Positions 54,399 through 64,000 of a stretch of DNA of 64,000 nucleotides are shown piece by piece. The position numbers and the translations under genes were made by a program. This DNA is from Vicinamibacterales bacterium (GTDB lineage: Bacteria > Acidobacteriota > Vicinamibacteria > Vicinamibacterales > UBA8438). The stretch lies in the NCBI GenBank assembly GCA_965243615.1, contig CBDEVO010000003.1, positions 3,464,383 through 3,528,382 of the forward strand, written 5' to 3'. A model generated the notes under the pieces. It ran no database searches and was not told where the DNA came from. It saw only the letters and a program-made list of their open reading frames with translations. Within the stretch, counting starts at the first letter, position 1. Each line of letters begins with the position of its first letter.

Positions 54399-56417
54399 TC
54401 ACGATGATGCCGACGGGGCTGGGTCGTCCGACGGGACATCCACCCGGGGCGGCGGCGCGCCGGCCGTGACCGCCTCGCTGGCGACCTCCATGACGATGCG
54501 GCTGTAGGCGCCGGGGTCCGGCAGGGTGCCCCCCTCGGCGAGAATCGCCTGCCCGTTCAGAAGCTGCGCGTAGGTCTTCAGCTTGAGCGACTGCGCATTC
54601 TCGGCGTGGATGGCCGCGAGCCGCGCGATGAACGGGTGGTCGGGGTTGATCTCGAGGATGCGCTTGGTCCGGGGCGGATCCTGCCCGAGCTGCCGCATCA
54701 TCTGCTCGAGCTGCGGGCTCAGGTCGTCCTGGTCGCCGACGAGGCACGCGGGGCTGTCGGTGAGCCGCCCCGAGACCCGCACCTCCTTGACGTCGTCCTG
54801 CAGGTGCGTGCGAAGGGTCTGCAGCAGGCCGTCGAGCTGCGGCCGTTCCGCCGCGTCCTTCTCCTCGTCCTCGGCGTCGCCGGTCCCGAGGTCGACCTCG
54901 CCCTTGCTCACCGAGACGAACTTCTTGTCCTTGTAGGTGAGCTCGCGCTCCAGCCAGAACTCGTCGACGGGGTCGGCGAAGAACAGCACCTCGATGCCCT
55001 GGCGGGCGAACGACTCTAGGTGCGGCGAGTGGCGCACCGCGTCGAGCGAGGTCCCGCCCAAGTAGTAGATGTGCTCCTGGCCTTCCTTCATTCGTCCGAC
55101 GTAGTCGGCGAGCGATGTCGGCTCGTCGCCGTGGGTGGTCGCGCACAGGATCAGGCCGAGCAGGCGGTCGCGGTACTCGCCGTCCGTCGCGAGTCCCTCC
55201 TTGATGACCGCGCCGAACTCGCGCCAGAACGTGCGCATCGACTCCGGCTTGTCCTTGCCCAGCTTGCCGATCGCCTCGAGCGTCTTCCTGATCGCGAAGT
55301 TGCGGATCGACCTGACCTGCCGGTCATGCTGGAGGATCTCGCGCGACACGTTCAGCGAGAGGTCCTCGCAGTCGATGACCCCCTTCAGGAAGCGCAGCCA
55401 CTCGGGCAGCAGCGCCTTCCAGTCGTCCATGATGTGGACCCGCTTCACGTAGAGCTGCACCCCCTTGGTGATGCGCTCGCGGTGATACAGGTCGAAGGGG
55501 GCCTTCGGGGGGATGAACAGCAGGATGCGGGCGTTGAACGCGCCCTCCATCGCGGCCGGGACGGTGGCCAGCGGGTCGTGCCAGTCGTGCGACAGGTGGC
55601 GGTAGAACTCGTTGTACTCGGCGTCGGTGACCTCGCTCCGCGACCGGGTCCAGATGGCCTTCATCGAGTTGAAGGTCTCGTCCTCGATCACCGTCTTCGG
55701 CAGCACCCCCTTCACGGGCTGGCCGGTGTTGTCGAGGACCGGCTCCTGGCGCTCGACCTTCATCCGGATGGGGTGGGCGACGAAATCGGAGTGCTTCTTG
55801 ACGATCTCTTGCAGCACGAAGGGGTCGGCGTAGTCCCGCCGCCCGTCCTCCTCGTCGGCCGGCTTGAGGTGCAGCTCCACCGTGGTGCCGGCCTGGGGCC
55901 GCGCCGCCTCGTCCAGGGTGTAGGTGCCGTCGCCCGTCGACTCCCAGCGGGTGGCGCCCTCCGTGCCCGCGCGGCGGGTCGTCAGGGTGACCCGGTCGGC
56001 GACCATGAACGTCGAGTAGAAGCCGACGCCGAACTGGCCGATCAGGTCGGCGGTCGCCGCCGACACCCCTTCGCCGCCGGCCCCCGGCTTCGCCTTCAGG
56101 GCGTCGAGAAACTCCCGGCTGCCGGAGCGCGCGATGGTGCCGATGTCGCGCACCACCTCTTCGCGCGTCATCCCGATGCCGTTGTCCGAGATGGTGAGGG
56201 TGCGCGCCTCCTCGTCGGACTCGAGCCTGATCTCGAGGTCCCCCTCGGGCAGGAGCTTCGGGTCCGACAGGCCCTCGATGCGCAGCTTGTCGAGGGCGTC
56301 CGAGCCGTTCGAGACGAGCTCGCGCAGGAAGATGTCCTTCTGGGAATACAGCGAATGGACCATCAGGTTCAGGAGCTCCTGAACCTCGGCGGTGAAGGTG
56401 TGCTTCTCGGTGCTCAT
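54399..56417 (-). CDS. htpG: Molecular chaperone HtpG (Hsp90)
   Basis: HSLYSQKDIFLRELVSN, DNGIGMT, IGQFGVGFYS, LNVSREILQ. Confidence 0.97.
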   Translation of the reverse strand: MSTEKHTFTAEVQELLNLMVHSLYSQKDIFLRELVSNGSDALDKLRIEGLSDPKLLPEGDLEIRLESDEEARTLTISDNGIGMTREEVVRDIGTIARSGSREFLDALKAKPGAGGEGVSAATADLIGQFGVGFYSTFMVADRVTLTTRRAGTEGATRWESTGDGTYTLDEAARPQAGTTVELHLKPADEEDGRRDYADPFVLQEIVKKHSDFVAHPIRMKVERQEPVLDNTGQPVKGVLPKTVIEDETFNSMKAIWTRSRSEVTDAEYNEFYRHLSHDWHDPLATVPAAMEGAFNARILLFIPPKAPFDLYHRERITKGVQLYVKRVHIMDDWKALLPEWLRFLKGVIDCEDLSLNVSREILQHDRQVRSIRNFAIRKTLEAIGKLGKDKPESMRTFWREFGAVIKEGLATDGEYRDRLLGLILCATTHGDEPTSLADYVGRMKEGQEHIYYLGGTSLDAVRHSPHLESFARQGIEVLFFADPVDEFWLERELTYKDKKFVSVSKGEVDLGTGDAEDEEKDAAERPQLDGLLQTLRTHLQDDVKEVRVSGRLTDSPACLVGDQDDLSPQLEQMMRQLGQDPPRTKRILEINPDHPFIARLAAIHAENAQSLKLKTYAQLLNGQAILAEGGTLPDPGAYSRIVMEVASEAVTAGAPPPRVDVPSDDPAPSASS

Positions 56418-56493
56418 CGTCGTCGTGTCTGCGGTTTCGCCCCGGCGCATGATCCTGCGTCCGGCGGCCGGGGCGCCGCGAGCGGCGGCGCAG

Positions 56494-57996
56494 CTACGGC
56501 CGGGGCGTGTCGGCGGCCAGCGCCTGGCGCTCCCAGGGGGCGAGGTCCAACTGCCGGCGCGTGCCCGCGGCCGGATCCGAGCCGAGCTCCTCGAGCAGCG
56601 CCACGAGGTGCGGGTGCCGGTTGAACGTGTTGGGGTAGAACACGCCCTGGGCGATCGACAGCGCCGTCCAGCCGGTCCCGTTCACGGCGTCGAGCTCCGC
56701 CCCCTTCTCGTGCAGGAAGCGCACGATGCCGTCGGCGCCCCGATGGATGGCGCCGTGCAGCGCGGTGTCGCCGTTGCCGTCGACCGCGTTGACGTCGTTC
56801 CCCAGCGCCCATGCGAACTCGACCGCGGCCAAGGCCTCGTCGTTGGTTCCGGGGTTCTCGCCGATCTTCCAGATGCCCACCCCCGCCGCCGCCATCATTG
56901 GCGTCGCGCCGTTGGCGGTGGTCAGGTTCGGATCGGCCCCGAGGCTGGCGAGCAGGCGCATCATCGGCACGTCGGCCGCCTTCGCGGCGAGCAGGAACGG
57001 CGTCGCCCCCACCCGGTCGAGCATGTTGCGGTTGCCGTCGCGGGGCTCCGCCGTCTGGCCCAGGTTCGGGTCGGCGCCGTGGGCGATGAGGATGCGCGCC
57101 ATGTCGAGGCCGTCCAGCCGGCCCAGGGGCACGGGGAACGGCGGGTTGCGCCCGAGGTTCGGTCTTCGTGTCCACACCACCTGGTGCAGCGCCGTCCAGC
57201 CCTGCCCGCGTGCGTCGGGGTCGGCCCCGGCCGCGAGCAGCCGCGCCGCTATTTCGTACTGCGCGTTGTAGACGGCCATGCCGAGGGCGCTCGTGCCGTC
57301 GGGCAGGGTGTCGTCGGGGTCGGCCCCGGCCGCGATCAGCACGTCGAGTGCAGCGAGGCTGCCTTCGCGCGCCGCGAACAGCAACGACGTGAACCCGCCT
57401 CCGGACCGTGCGTGCACGTCGGCCCCGGCCGCGATCAATGCCTCGGCCGCGTTCGGCTGGTCCTGCGAGGCGGCCCACATCAGCGCCGTCTGGCCCCGCC
57501 AGCCCTCGACCGCGTCCACGTCGGCGCCGTGCTCGAGAAGGATTGCGACGGCGGGCGCAACGCCGGTCCGGGCGACCGTCATCAGCGGGGTCTCGCCTTC
57601 GCCAGACGCCCGGTTGGGGTCGGCCCCGGCCTCGAGGAGCATGCCCAGCATCGCAGCGCTGCCGTTGGTGGCGGCCAGCGCGAGGGGCGCGATGCCGTAG
57701 CGGGTGACGGCGTCCGCCTCGGCGCCCGCCTGCAGCAGACGCGCCGCCGTATCGAGGTCGTCGTTGTGAGCCGCCCAATGAAGCGCGGTGGTCCCGTCCG
57801 GCTCGACCGCTCCCGCGTAGGCGCCGTCATCGAGGAGGACCCGGACCGTTGCCGCGTCGCCGGCCTTCACCGCCTCGATCAGGGGGATGCTCGGCGGCTG
57901 CGCCGCGACGGGCGCGGCCAGAAGAGCAACGGAGGCCGCGACGAAATGCGCGGCGGCCCAGCGCGCCGAACGGAGTGCCGGTTGCGTTTGCGTCAT
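56494..57996 (-). CDS. Secreted ankyrin-repeat protein
   Basis: Multiple G.T(A/P)L(H/M).A repeats; signal peptide. Confidence 0.93.
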   Translation of the reverse strand: MTQTQPALRSARWAAAHFVAASVALLAAPVAAQPPSIPLIEAVKAGDAATVRVLLDDGAYAGAVEPDGTTALHWAAHNDDLDTAARLLQAGAEADAVTRYGIAPLALAATNGSAAMLGMLLEAGADPNRASGEGETPLMTVARTGVAPAVAILLEHGADVDAVEGWRGQTALMWAASQDQPNAAEALIAAGADVHARSGGGFTSLLFAAREGSLAALDVLIAAGADPDDTLPDGTSALGMAVYNAQYEIAARLLAAGADPDARGQGWTALHQVVWTRRPNLGRNPPFPVPLGRLDGLDMARILIAHGADPNLGQTAEPRDGNRNMLDRVGATPFLLAAKAADVPMMRLLASLGADPNLTTANGATPMMAAAGVGIWKIGENPGTNDEALAAVEFAWALGNDVNAVDGNGDTALHGAIHRGADGIVRFLHEKGAELDAVNGTGWTALSIAQGVFYPNTFNRHPHLVALLEELGSDPAAGTRRQLDLAPWERQALAADTPRP

Positions 57997-58023
57997 CGTC
58001 CCCGCCTGACCGCGTTGCCCTGT

Positions 58024-59379
58024 CTACACGGTCAGCGGCTCGAGGGGAAGCCGCCCCGTGCTGTCGCCCAACTGCTCGGGCTCGACGACCCCCGCCTTGT
58101 CCAGCATCGCCAGCAGCAGGTTGGTCATCGGGGTGTCGCTCGGGTAGCGCACGTGGCGCCCGCCCTTCAACTGCCCGGCTCCGCCGCCGGCGAGAATCAG
58201 CGGCAGGTCGATGTGCGAGTGCTGGTCGCCGTCGCTGATGCCGCCGCCGTAGAGGATGAGGGACTGGTCGAGCAGCGACCCGTCGCCGTCCTGGGTCGCG
58301 TGCAGCGACTGCAGGAACCCGGAGAGCAGATCCACGTGGTACGTGTTGATCTTGGCGTACTGCTCGAGCCGGCCGGGGTCGAGCTGGTGGTGCGACACCG
58401 AGTGGTGCGCGTCGGGCACGCCGACCTCGGGGTAGCTCTGGGCGGTCTGCTCGCGGCCGATCAGGTACGTGAACACGCGGGTCACGTCGGCCTGGAACGC
58501 GAGCCGCTGGAGGTCGAACATGAGCCGGGCGTGCTCGGTGAACGAGTCGGGAATGCCCACCGGCCGCGCGAGGTTCTCGGGCAGGTCGCCGTCGCCGGCC
58601 TGCGCCTCGACCCGCTGGATGCGGCGCTCGATCTCGCGGACGGCGTCGAGGTACTGGTGCGCCCGCCGCCGGTCGCCGGCCCCGAGGCGCTTCTCGAGCC
58701 GGGCCATGTCGTCGCGCACCGCGTCGAGGATGCTGCGGTCCTCGCGCAGGCGCGCCACGCGCTCGGCGGTGGTGCCGCCCTCGCCGAACAGCCGCTCGAA
58801 CACCACGCGCGGGTTGTGCTCCATGGGCAGGGGGGTGGTCGGCGTCCGCCACGCGATGGTGTTGGTGTAGACGCAACTGTAGCCGTTGTCGCAGTTGCCG
58901 ACCACGTAGCTGTTCTCGAGCGAGATCTCGAGCGACGGGAGCGGGGTCTCCTGACCGAGCCTCGCCGCCGCGATCTGGTCGGCGGTGGTGCCGGCGCGGA
59001 CGTCCGCGCCCTCGGTGCGCTTGGGGTGCACGCCGTTCAGCCAGACCCCGCTCGCCCGCGAGTGCTCGCCGTTGCCGTCGCCCCAGGCCTCGGCCTGTCG
59101 GTGGGCGAGGCCGGTGGGGATGACCACGTGGTCCTTGACGGGGGCCAGCGGGCTCAGGATCGGCGACAGCTCCAGGGGGCCGTCGGTGGTTGGCGTCCAC
59201 TGCGACATGTTGGCCCCGTTCGGGATGTAGATGAAGCCGAGCCGCTTCGTCGGGCGCGCCGCGGTGCGGGCGAGCGCGGTGGCCGCGGGCACCATGGCGT
59301 CGAGCAGGGGCAGGGCGAGCGCGGCGCCGGCGCCTCGGAGAAACGTGCGGCGGGGCAGCGACATCTTCGTGATGATCAT
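58024..59379 (-). CDS. DUF1552 domain protein (Tat substrate)
   Basis: RRTFLRGAGAALALPLLDAM, DQIAA, HHSVSHH, HSH.DLP. Confidence 0.9.
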   Translation of the reverse strand: MIITKMSLPRRTFLRGAGAALALPLLDAMVPAATALARTAARPTKRLGFIYIPNGANMSQWTPTTDGPLELSPILSPLAPVKDHVVIPTGLAHRQAEAWGDGNGEHSRASGVWLNGVHPKRTEGADVRAGTTADQIAAARLGQETPLPSLEISLENSYVVGNCDNGYSCVYTNTIAWRTPTTPLPMEHNPRVVFERLFGEGGTTAERVARLREDRSILDAVRDDMARLEKRLGAGDRRRAHQYLDAVREIERRIQRVEAQAGDGDLPENLARPVGIPDSFTEHARLMFDLQRLAFQADVTRVFTYLIGREQTAQSYPEVGVPDAHHSVSHHQLDPGRLEQYAKINTYHVDLLSGFLQSLHATQDGDGSLLDQSLILYGGGISDGDQHSHIDLPLILAGGGAGQLKGGRHVRYPSDTPMTNLLLAMLDKAGVVEPEQLGDSTGRLPLEPLTV

Positions 59380-61751
59380 GACTCCGTGCTCCTCATCCGG
59401 AACGGGGGGCTCTCGACGACGCCCAGGATGAGCGTCGTCAGGCGGTAGCCGTCGTCGGCCGCCGCGCGGGTGATGGCGCGGACGGCCGGCGCGTCGTAGT
59501 GCTCCACGCCGCGGCCGATGGCATAGGTCAGCAGCTTCTCGGTGACGGTGGTGACGAAGCGCTCGGGGTGGGCGAGCAGCGCCGCCTTCAGCCCGGCCGG
59601 CCCGTCGAAGACGGTGCCGTCGGGCAGCACCCCGGTCAGGTCCATCGGGACCCGGGTCTGGTTCGGGGTGCGCCGGCGGCCGATGGCGTCGAACGGCTCG
59701 AGGGCGAGGCCCAGGGGGTCCATCACCCGGTGGCAGCTCGCGCACACCGGGTTGGCCCGGTGCTGCTCCATCGCTTCGCGCATGGTCAGGGAGCGGCCGG
59801 TGGTGGTGGCCTCAAGGGCCGGGACGTCCGCGGGGGGCGGCGGGGGCGGCGTGCCGAGGATGTTCTCGAGCACCCACTTGCCCCGCACCACCGGCGACGT
59901 GCGGTTGGCGTGCGAGGTCACGGTCAGGATGCTGCCGTGGCCGAGCAGCCCGCCCCGCCCCGGATCGTCGAGGGCGACCCGCCGGAAGTGGCTGCCCCGC
60001 ACGCCGGGGATGCCGTAGTGCACCGCGAGCCGCTCGTTGAGGAACGTGTAGTCGGCCGAGAGCAGCTCGACGACGCTGCGGTCCTCGCGCAGGATGGCGT
60101 CGAAGAGCATCTCCGTTTCGCGACGGAAACCCTGCCGCAGGTCCTCCCCGAAGTCGGGGAAGAGGTCCTCGTCGGGCTGCACCGCGGCGGCGTTGCGCAG
60201 GCTGAGCCACTGGCCCGCGAAGTTGGTGACGAGGGCCTGCGCCCGCGGGTCGGCGAGCATGCGCCGGGTCTGGGCCTCGAGCACGACGGGGTCGCGCAGC
60301 TCGCCGCGGACGGCGGCGTCGAGGAGCTCGTCGTCGGGGATGCTGCTCCACAGGAAGAACGACAGGCGCGAGGCCAGCTCCAGGTCGGCGAGCTCGTAGG
60401 CGGCGCCGGGCGGCAGGCCCGCGGGGTCCTCGACGATGCGGAACAGGAACTCGGGGCTGACGAGCAGGCGCCGCAGGGCGAGCTCGATGCCGCCGTCGAA
60501 CCCGCCCGTCGCCACGCCCCGCTCGTAGAAGTCGAGCAGCCGGTCGACGTCGTCGCCGGTGACGGGCCGGCGGAACGCGCGCCGGGCGAGGCCCGACAGG
60601 ATGCCGGCGGCGCACGCGGCGGCCGAGTCGGCGTCGTTGCCCGGTTCGCAGGTGAAGATGCGCGCCCGGCTCGGCGTGTCGACGAGGGGGCGCGTGCCCC
60701 GCGACTCGAACGGGCCGGCGATGGTGAGCCGCTCGAGATACGGCTGGTAGCGGGAGTCGGCGCCCGACCCTTCGCCGGTGAACGGCCGCTTGTACAGCTT
60801 GCGCGTGCGCTCCGGCTCGGCCAGCGTCTTGCGCAGGAAGGCGGCCCCGACGCGGTGGGGGCCGGCGCTCACCCGCAGGCGGACCTCTCGCGCGTCCGCC
60901 TCGGCGTACTGGCTGCGGCGCTGGCCCGGCTCGAGGGCCCGCCCGACCGTGAAGACCTCGAGGCGCTCGCCGTCCAGGGTCAGCTCAAGCTGGTGGGGCT
61001 CGATGAAGAGGGGGCCGTCGGGGACGACCGAGATGACGTACTCGGCGTCCTCGGGGAAGTTGAAGTCGAGGACCATGCCTCCGCGGGTGCCGAACGGGAG
61101 CCCCGCGACGTGGCCGTCCTGCCCCTGGTCGGAGGGGACCCGGAACGTCTCGGCGATCGGCGACGGCACGGGCGACCCGACGGCGAGCCGGCTGATCTTC
61201 CTCGCCGCCGCGAGATACCGCTCCATGAGGGTCGGCGAAACCCCCAGCACCCCGGCGATGTTGTCGAAGCCGTAGCTGGTGTCGTCGGCCGGCAGGAGGT
61301 CGCTCACGTCGACGTCGAGGTCGAGGAGGTCCCGGACGACGTTGCGGTACTCGGCGCGGCTGAGCCGGTGCAGCGCCTCGGTCCGCCCCGGCCGCAGGTC
61401 GGCCGCGGCGGCGCGGTCGAGCTCGGTCTCGAGCCACGCGCGGAAGCCGTCGTAGGCCGCCGGCTCGGGCCGGGGCCGCGGCTGCGGCGGCATCGCCCCG
61501 GCCCGCAGCTTGGCGACCACCTTCTCCCAGACCGCGGCGTCGCCGGCGACGTTCGCCAAGTCCATCGACTCGAGCGACAGCCCGCCGGTCTCGAGCCGGT
61601 CGTTGTGGCAGGCGACGCAGTAGCGGTCGAGGAGTTGGCCGTGGCCGTCGGCAGGTGTGCCGGACCGTCCCGCGGCCGGCTGCCCGGCGCCCGCCGTCGC
61701 GCAGATCAGCGCGGTCCCGACGGCGGCGCCGATGACCCGGAATCCAGACAT
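59376..61751 (-). CDS. Planctomycete-type cytochrome c / DUF1587-1595-1592-1588-1585 protein
   Basis: CVACH, HRLSRAEY.N, LASRLSFFLWSS.PD, TSPVVRGKW, CASCH. Confidence 0.92.
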   Translation of the reverse strand: MSGFRVIGAAVGTALICATAGAGQPAAGRSGTPADGHGQLLDRYCVACHNDRLETGGLSLESMDLANVAGDAAVWEKVVAKLRAGAMPPQPRPRPEPAAYDGFRAWLETELDRAAAADLRPGRTEALHRLSRAEYRNVVRDLLDLDVDVSDLLPADDTSYGFDNIAGVLGVSPTLMERYLAAARKISRLAVGSPVPSPIAETFRVPSDQGQDGHVAGLPFGTRGGMVLDFNFPEDAEYVISVVPDGPLFIEPHQLELTLDGERLEVFTVGRALEPGQRRSQYAEADAREVRLRVSAGPHRVGAAFLRKTLAEPERTRKLYKRPFTGEGSGADSRYQPYLERLTIAGPFESRGTRPLVDTPSRARIFTCEPGNDADSAAACAAGILSGLARRAFRRPVTGDDVDRLLDFYERGVATGGFDGGIELALRRLLVSPEFLFRIVEDPAGLPPGAAYELADLELASRLSFFLWSSIPDDELLDAAVRGELRDPVVLEAQTRRMLADPRAQALVTNFAGQWLSLRNAAAVQPDEDLFPDFGEDLRQGFRRETEMLFDAILREDRSVVELLSADYTFLNERLAVHYGIPGVRGSHFRRVALDDPGRGGLLGHGSILTVTSHANRTSPVVRGKWVLENILGTPPPPPPADVPALEATTTGRSLTMREAMEQHRANPVCASCHRVMDPLGLALEPFDAIGRRRTPNQTRVPMDLTGVLPDGTVFDGPAGLKAALLAHPERFVTTVTEKLLTYAIGRGVEHYDAPAVRAITRAAADDGYRLTTLILGVVESPPFRMRSTES

Positions 61752-62114
61752 GGACCGTGGTTCCTTTCGTTGGAACGAGCTGCGGGTGCACACTGCGATA
61801 GCGTATTTTGGGCCTTGGGCGCGCGGGGTGTCAATTCGGACAGCAGCTTCGCGACGCCGGTCGGACGATTCTCGGGATCGGGGAGCTACGGGCTCATGGA
61901 CGTCCGCGACCGGTTGGACGACCCCGGACGCGAACCGTCCGACAGGCAGGGCGGCGATGCAGGGCCGGTCGGCGGTAAGCGTGTATCCTGACGGTTGTCG
62001 GCGCGAGCGCAGGGCGCCGCGCCCGGTGGGGTTGTTGACAGGAGCGGCGCGAGTCGGTAACAACGCACGTAACGCGAGGCGCGCCGCCCCGCGTCCGGAA
62101 CGCGTGAGGCACAC

Positions 62115-63503
62115 ATGAACCGATACCCGCTCGTCGTCTTCGCCCTGCTGCTGGCGCTGGCCGCTCCCGCGTCCTCCCCGGCGCAATGGGCGCAGTTCCG
62201 GGGTCCGAACGCGGGCGACGTCGGCGACGATCCCGCGCTGCCCGACACCTGGAGCGAGACCGAGAACGTCGTCTGGCAGATCGACCTTCCGGGGCTGAGT
62301 TGGAGCTCGCCGGTCGTCTGGGAGGACACCATCTTCGTCACCTCCGCGATCAGCGCCGGCGACGAGGTCGAGCCCATCCCGGGTCTGTACGACCCCGGCG
62401 ACGACAACGGGGCGACCCGCTCGTCCGAGGTCCACCGCTGGGTGGTCTGGAACATCGACTTCCACACCGGCGCCGTCCGGTGGGAGCGCGAGATGCACCG
62501 CGCCGCTCCGACCATCGCGCGGCACATCAAGAACAGCTTCGCGTCGGAGACCCCGGTCACCGACGGCCGCCGGGTGTACGTCTACTTCGGGACCGCCGGC
62601 GTCGTCGCCGCCCTGAACATGAGCGGCGAGACGGTCTGGTACACCGAGCTGGGCGCCTACGAGACGACCGGCGGGTTCGGCTCCGCCGCCTCGCCGACGC
62701 TGCACGGCGACCGCCTCTACGTCGTCAACGACAACGTCACCCGCTCGTTCATGGTCGCCCTCGACCGGGACACCGGGGCCGAGATCTGGCGGGTGGAGCG
62801 GGACGAGCGCGGCCAGAACTGGGCGACCCCGTTCGTCTGGGAGAACGAGCTGCGGACCGAGATCGTGACCGCGGGCACGCAGGGCGTCCGCTCCTACGAC
62901 CTCGACGGCAACCTGCTGTGGGAGATCCACGGCATGTCGGGGCTGACGGTGCCGACCCCGTTCTCGCGGCACGGGCTGCTCTACATCGGCTCGGGCTATC
63001 CCGGCGGCGGCCTGCGCCCGGTCTACGTGGTCCGGCCGGGCGCGTCGGGTGACATCTCCATCTGGTCGCCCGACGACATGCGGACGGGCCTCAACTTCGG
63101 CTTCCCCGGCGTCAAGGCGTCGTCCGACGACGTCGCCTGGGCCTATCCGCTCCTGGGCACCTACAACACGTCGGCCCTCGTCTACGGCGACCAGTACTAC
63201 ACGCTGCTCGACCGGGGGTTCCTCGTGGCCCACGACGCCCGCACCGGCGACGAGATCTACGGCCGCCGGCGGCTCGAGATCGGCAACGGGTTCACCGCGT
63301 CGCCGTGGGCGTACAATGACCGGATATTCCTGCTCAGCGAGGACGGCGAGACGTTCGTCGTCCGGGCGGGGCCCGACTTCGAGATTCTGCACACCAATCC
63401 GCTCAACGAGATGACGCTCGCCACGCCGGCGGTGGCGAACGGCAGCCTCATCCTGCGGACCCGCACGAAGCTCTATCGGATTGCAGAGGGGGGACAGCCG
63501 TGA
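62115..63503 (+). CDS. PQQ-binding-like (BamB-type) beta-propeller protein
   Basis: WAQFRGP, SSPVVW, ASETPVTDG, TASP, ATPAV. Confidence 0.9.
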   Translation: MNRYPLVVFALLLALAAPASSPAQWAQFRGPNAGDVGDDPALPDTWSETENVVWQIDLPGLSWSSPVVWEDTIFVTSAISAGDEVEPIPGLYDPGDDNGATRSSEVHRWVVWNIDFHTGAVRWEREMHRAAPTIARHIKNSFASETPVTDGRRVYVYFGTAGVVAALNMSGETVWYTELGAYETTGGFGSAASPTLHGDRLYVVNDNVTRSFMVALDRDTGAEIWRVERDERGQNWATPFVWENELRTEIVTAGTQGVRSYDLDGNLLWEIHGMSGLTVPTPFSRHGLLYIGSGYPGGGLRPVYVVRPGASGDISIWSPDDMRTGLNFGFPGVKASSDDVAWAYPLLGTYNTSALVYGDQYYTLLDRGFLVAHDARTGDEIYGRRRLEIGNGFTASPWAYNDRIFLLSEDGETFVVRAGPDFEILHTNPLNEMTLATPAVANGSLILRTRTKLYRIAEGGQP

Positions 63504-64000
63504 AGAGGACCATGAGAGCCGTCGCCGCGGCGGGCGGGCTGGCGCTGCTGGCGCTGGCGACCGCGCCGGCCGGCGCCCAGACCGTCACCCTGACCAAGGT
63601 CGGCGAGATCCCCGGCCCGGCCGAGCACATCCGGGTGCAGGGCGACCATGCCTACGTCTCGCACCACTCGTCGTTCACCGTCTGGGACGTGTCGGACCCG
63701 GCCGCGCCGGCGCGTATGGGGTCGACCGAGCTGCCCCAGGAGATCTGGGGGTTCCGGGTCCGCGGCGACCGGGCCTACGTGGGCGCCAACTTCTTCGGGG
63801 TGGCCATCGTCGACATCTCCGACCCCGCGTCGCCGACGGTGCTGGGCAACCACGAGACCCTCGGGCAGACCAAGATCGGCGCGGTGTACGAGAACCGGGT
63901 GGTGCTGATCGACCACATGGAGGGCATGGTGCTCGTCGACGCGACGGACGAATCGGCGCCGACGGGGGCCGGCTCGTTCTTCCTCGACGGCTACGCCCGC
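63500..64000 (+). CDS. LVIVD-repeat secreted protein (5' part; runs off the window)
   Basis: GTGA overlap, signal peptide, AYV...VWDVSDPAAP and VAIVDISDPASP repeats. Confidence 0.8.
   Translation, partial: MKRTMRAVAAAGGLALLALATAPAGAQTVTLTKVGEIPGPAEHIRVQGDHAYVSHHSSFTVWDVSDPAAPARMGSTELPQEIWGFRVRGDRAYVGANFFGVAIVDISDPASPTVLGNHETLGQTKIGAVYENRVVLIDHMEGMVLVDATDESAPTGAGSFFLDGYAR

Noticed and set aside
59376-63392. 1338-aa version of the DUF1592 protein and similar N-terminal extensions (TonB receptor 1351 aa, ATP-grasp 757 aa)
   Set aside because: The extensions overlap other real genes; signal peptides or domain starts mark the shorter starts used.
120-63900. Many other long overlapping or antisense ORFs in the track (e.g. 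10472-13165, 47597-50941, 51595-54507, 56392-59448)
   Set aside because: They shadow well-supported genes on the other strand or frame; stop-codon scarcity in GC-rich DNA explains them.

Overview
High-GC (roughly 70% by eye) bacterial chromosomal segment. Its gene content (DUF1592/DUF1552/ankyrin module, carboxypeptidase-regulatory TonB receptor, PQQ propellers, NHL/TPR/ankyrin proteins, many toxin-antitoxin genes) suggests a Vicinamibacteria-like Acidobacteriota, possibly host- or sponge-associated (inference). In order: a lexA-imuA-imuB-dnaE2 mutagenesis cassette; an ECF sigma/anti-sigma/DUF4097 locus; a redoxin-fusion/UGSC selenoprotein/sodium:solute symporter operon (in-frame TGA plus SECIS-like hairpin); PQQ dehydrogenase, TonB receptor and nucleoside hydrolase; BrnT with a chimeric BrnA; a secreted argininosuccinate lyase-like enzyme; a fic gene bracketed by inverted three-box sites; a TA island (convergent hicB/hicA, a structured-leader gene, two vapBC pairs); a Pot-like ABC transporter; Tsx-like porin, circularly permuted ATP-grasp and alpha-E; a partner-switching module; dcp; an AAA-DUF4143 ATPase; htpG; the DUF1592-DUF1552-ankyrin module; and PQQ/LVIVD propellers. 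No rRNA, tRNA, transposase, integrase or cas gene was recognised. The most notable unexplained structures are: (1) an ~80-bp dispersed repeat present as an intergenic tandem array and inside two unrelated genes in the same reading frame; (2) duplicated stop/start junctions that create short relay ORFs; (3) CATCARTT-N7-AAYTGATG sites flanking fic; (4) a multi-hairpin leader RNA ahead of a hypothetical gene plus hicA; (5) a ~60-bp-period hairpin array. All calls come from reading the sequence and recognising motifs; no searches were run.
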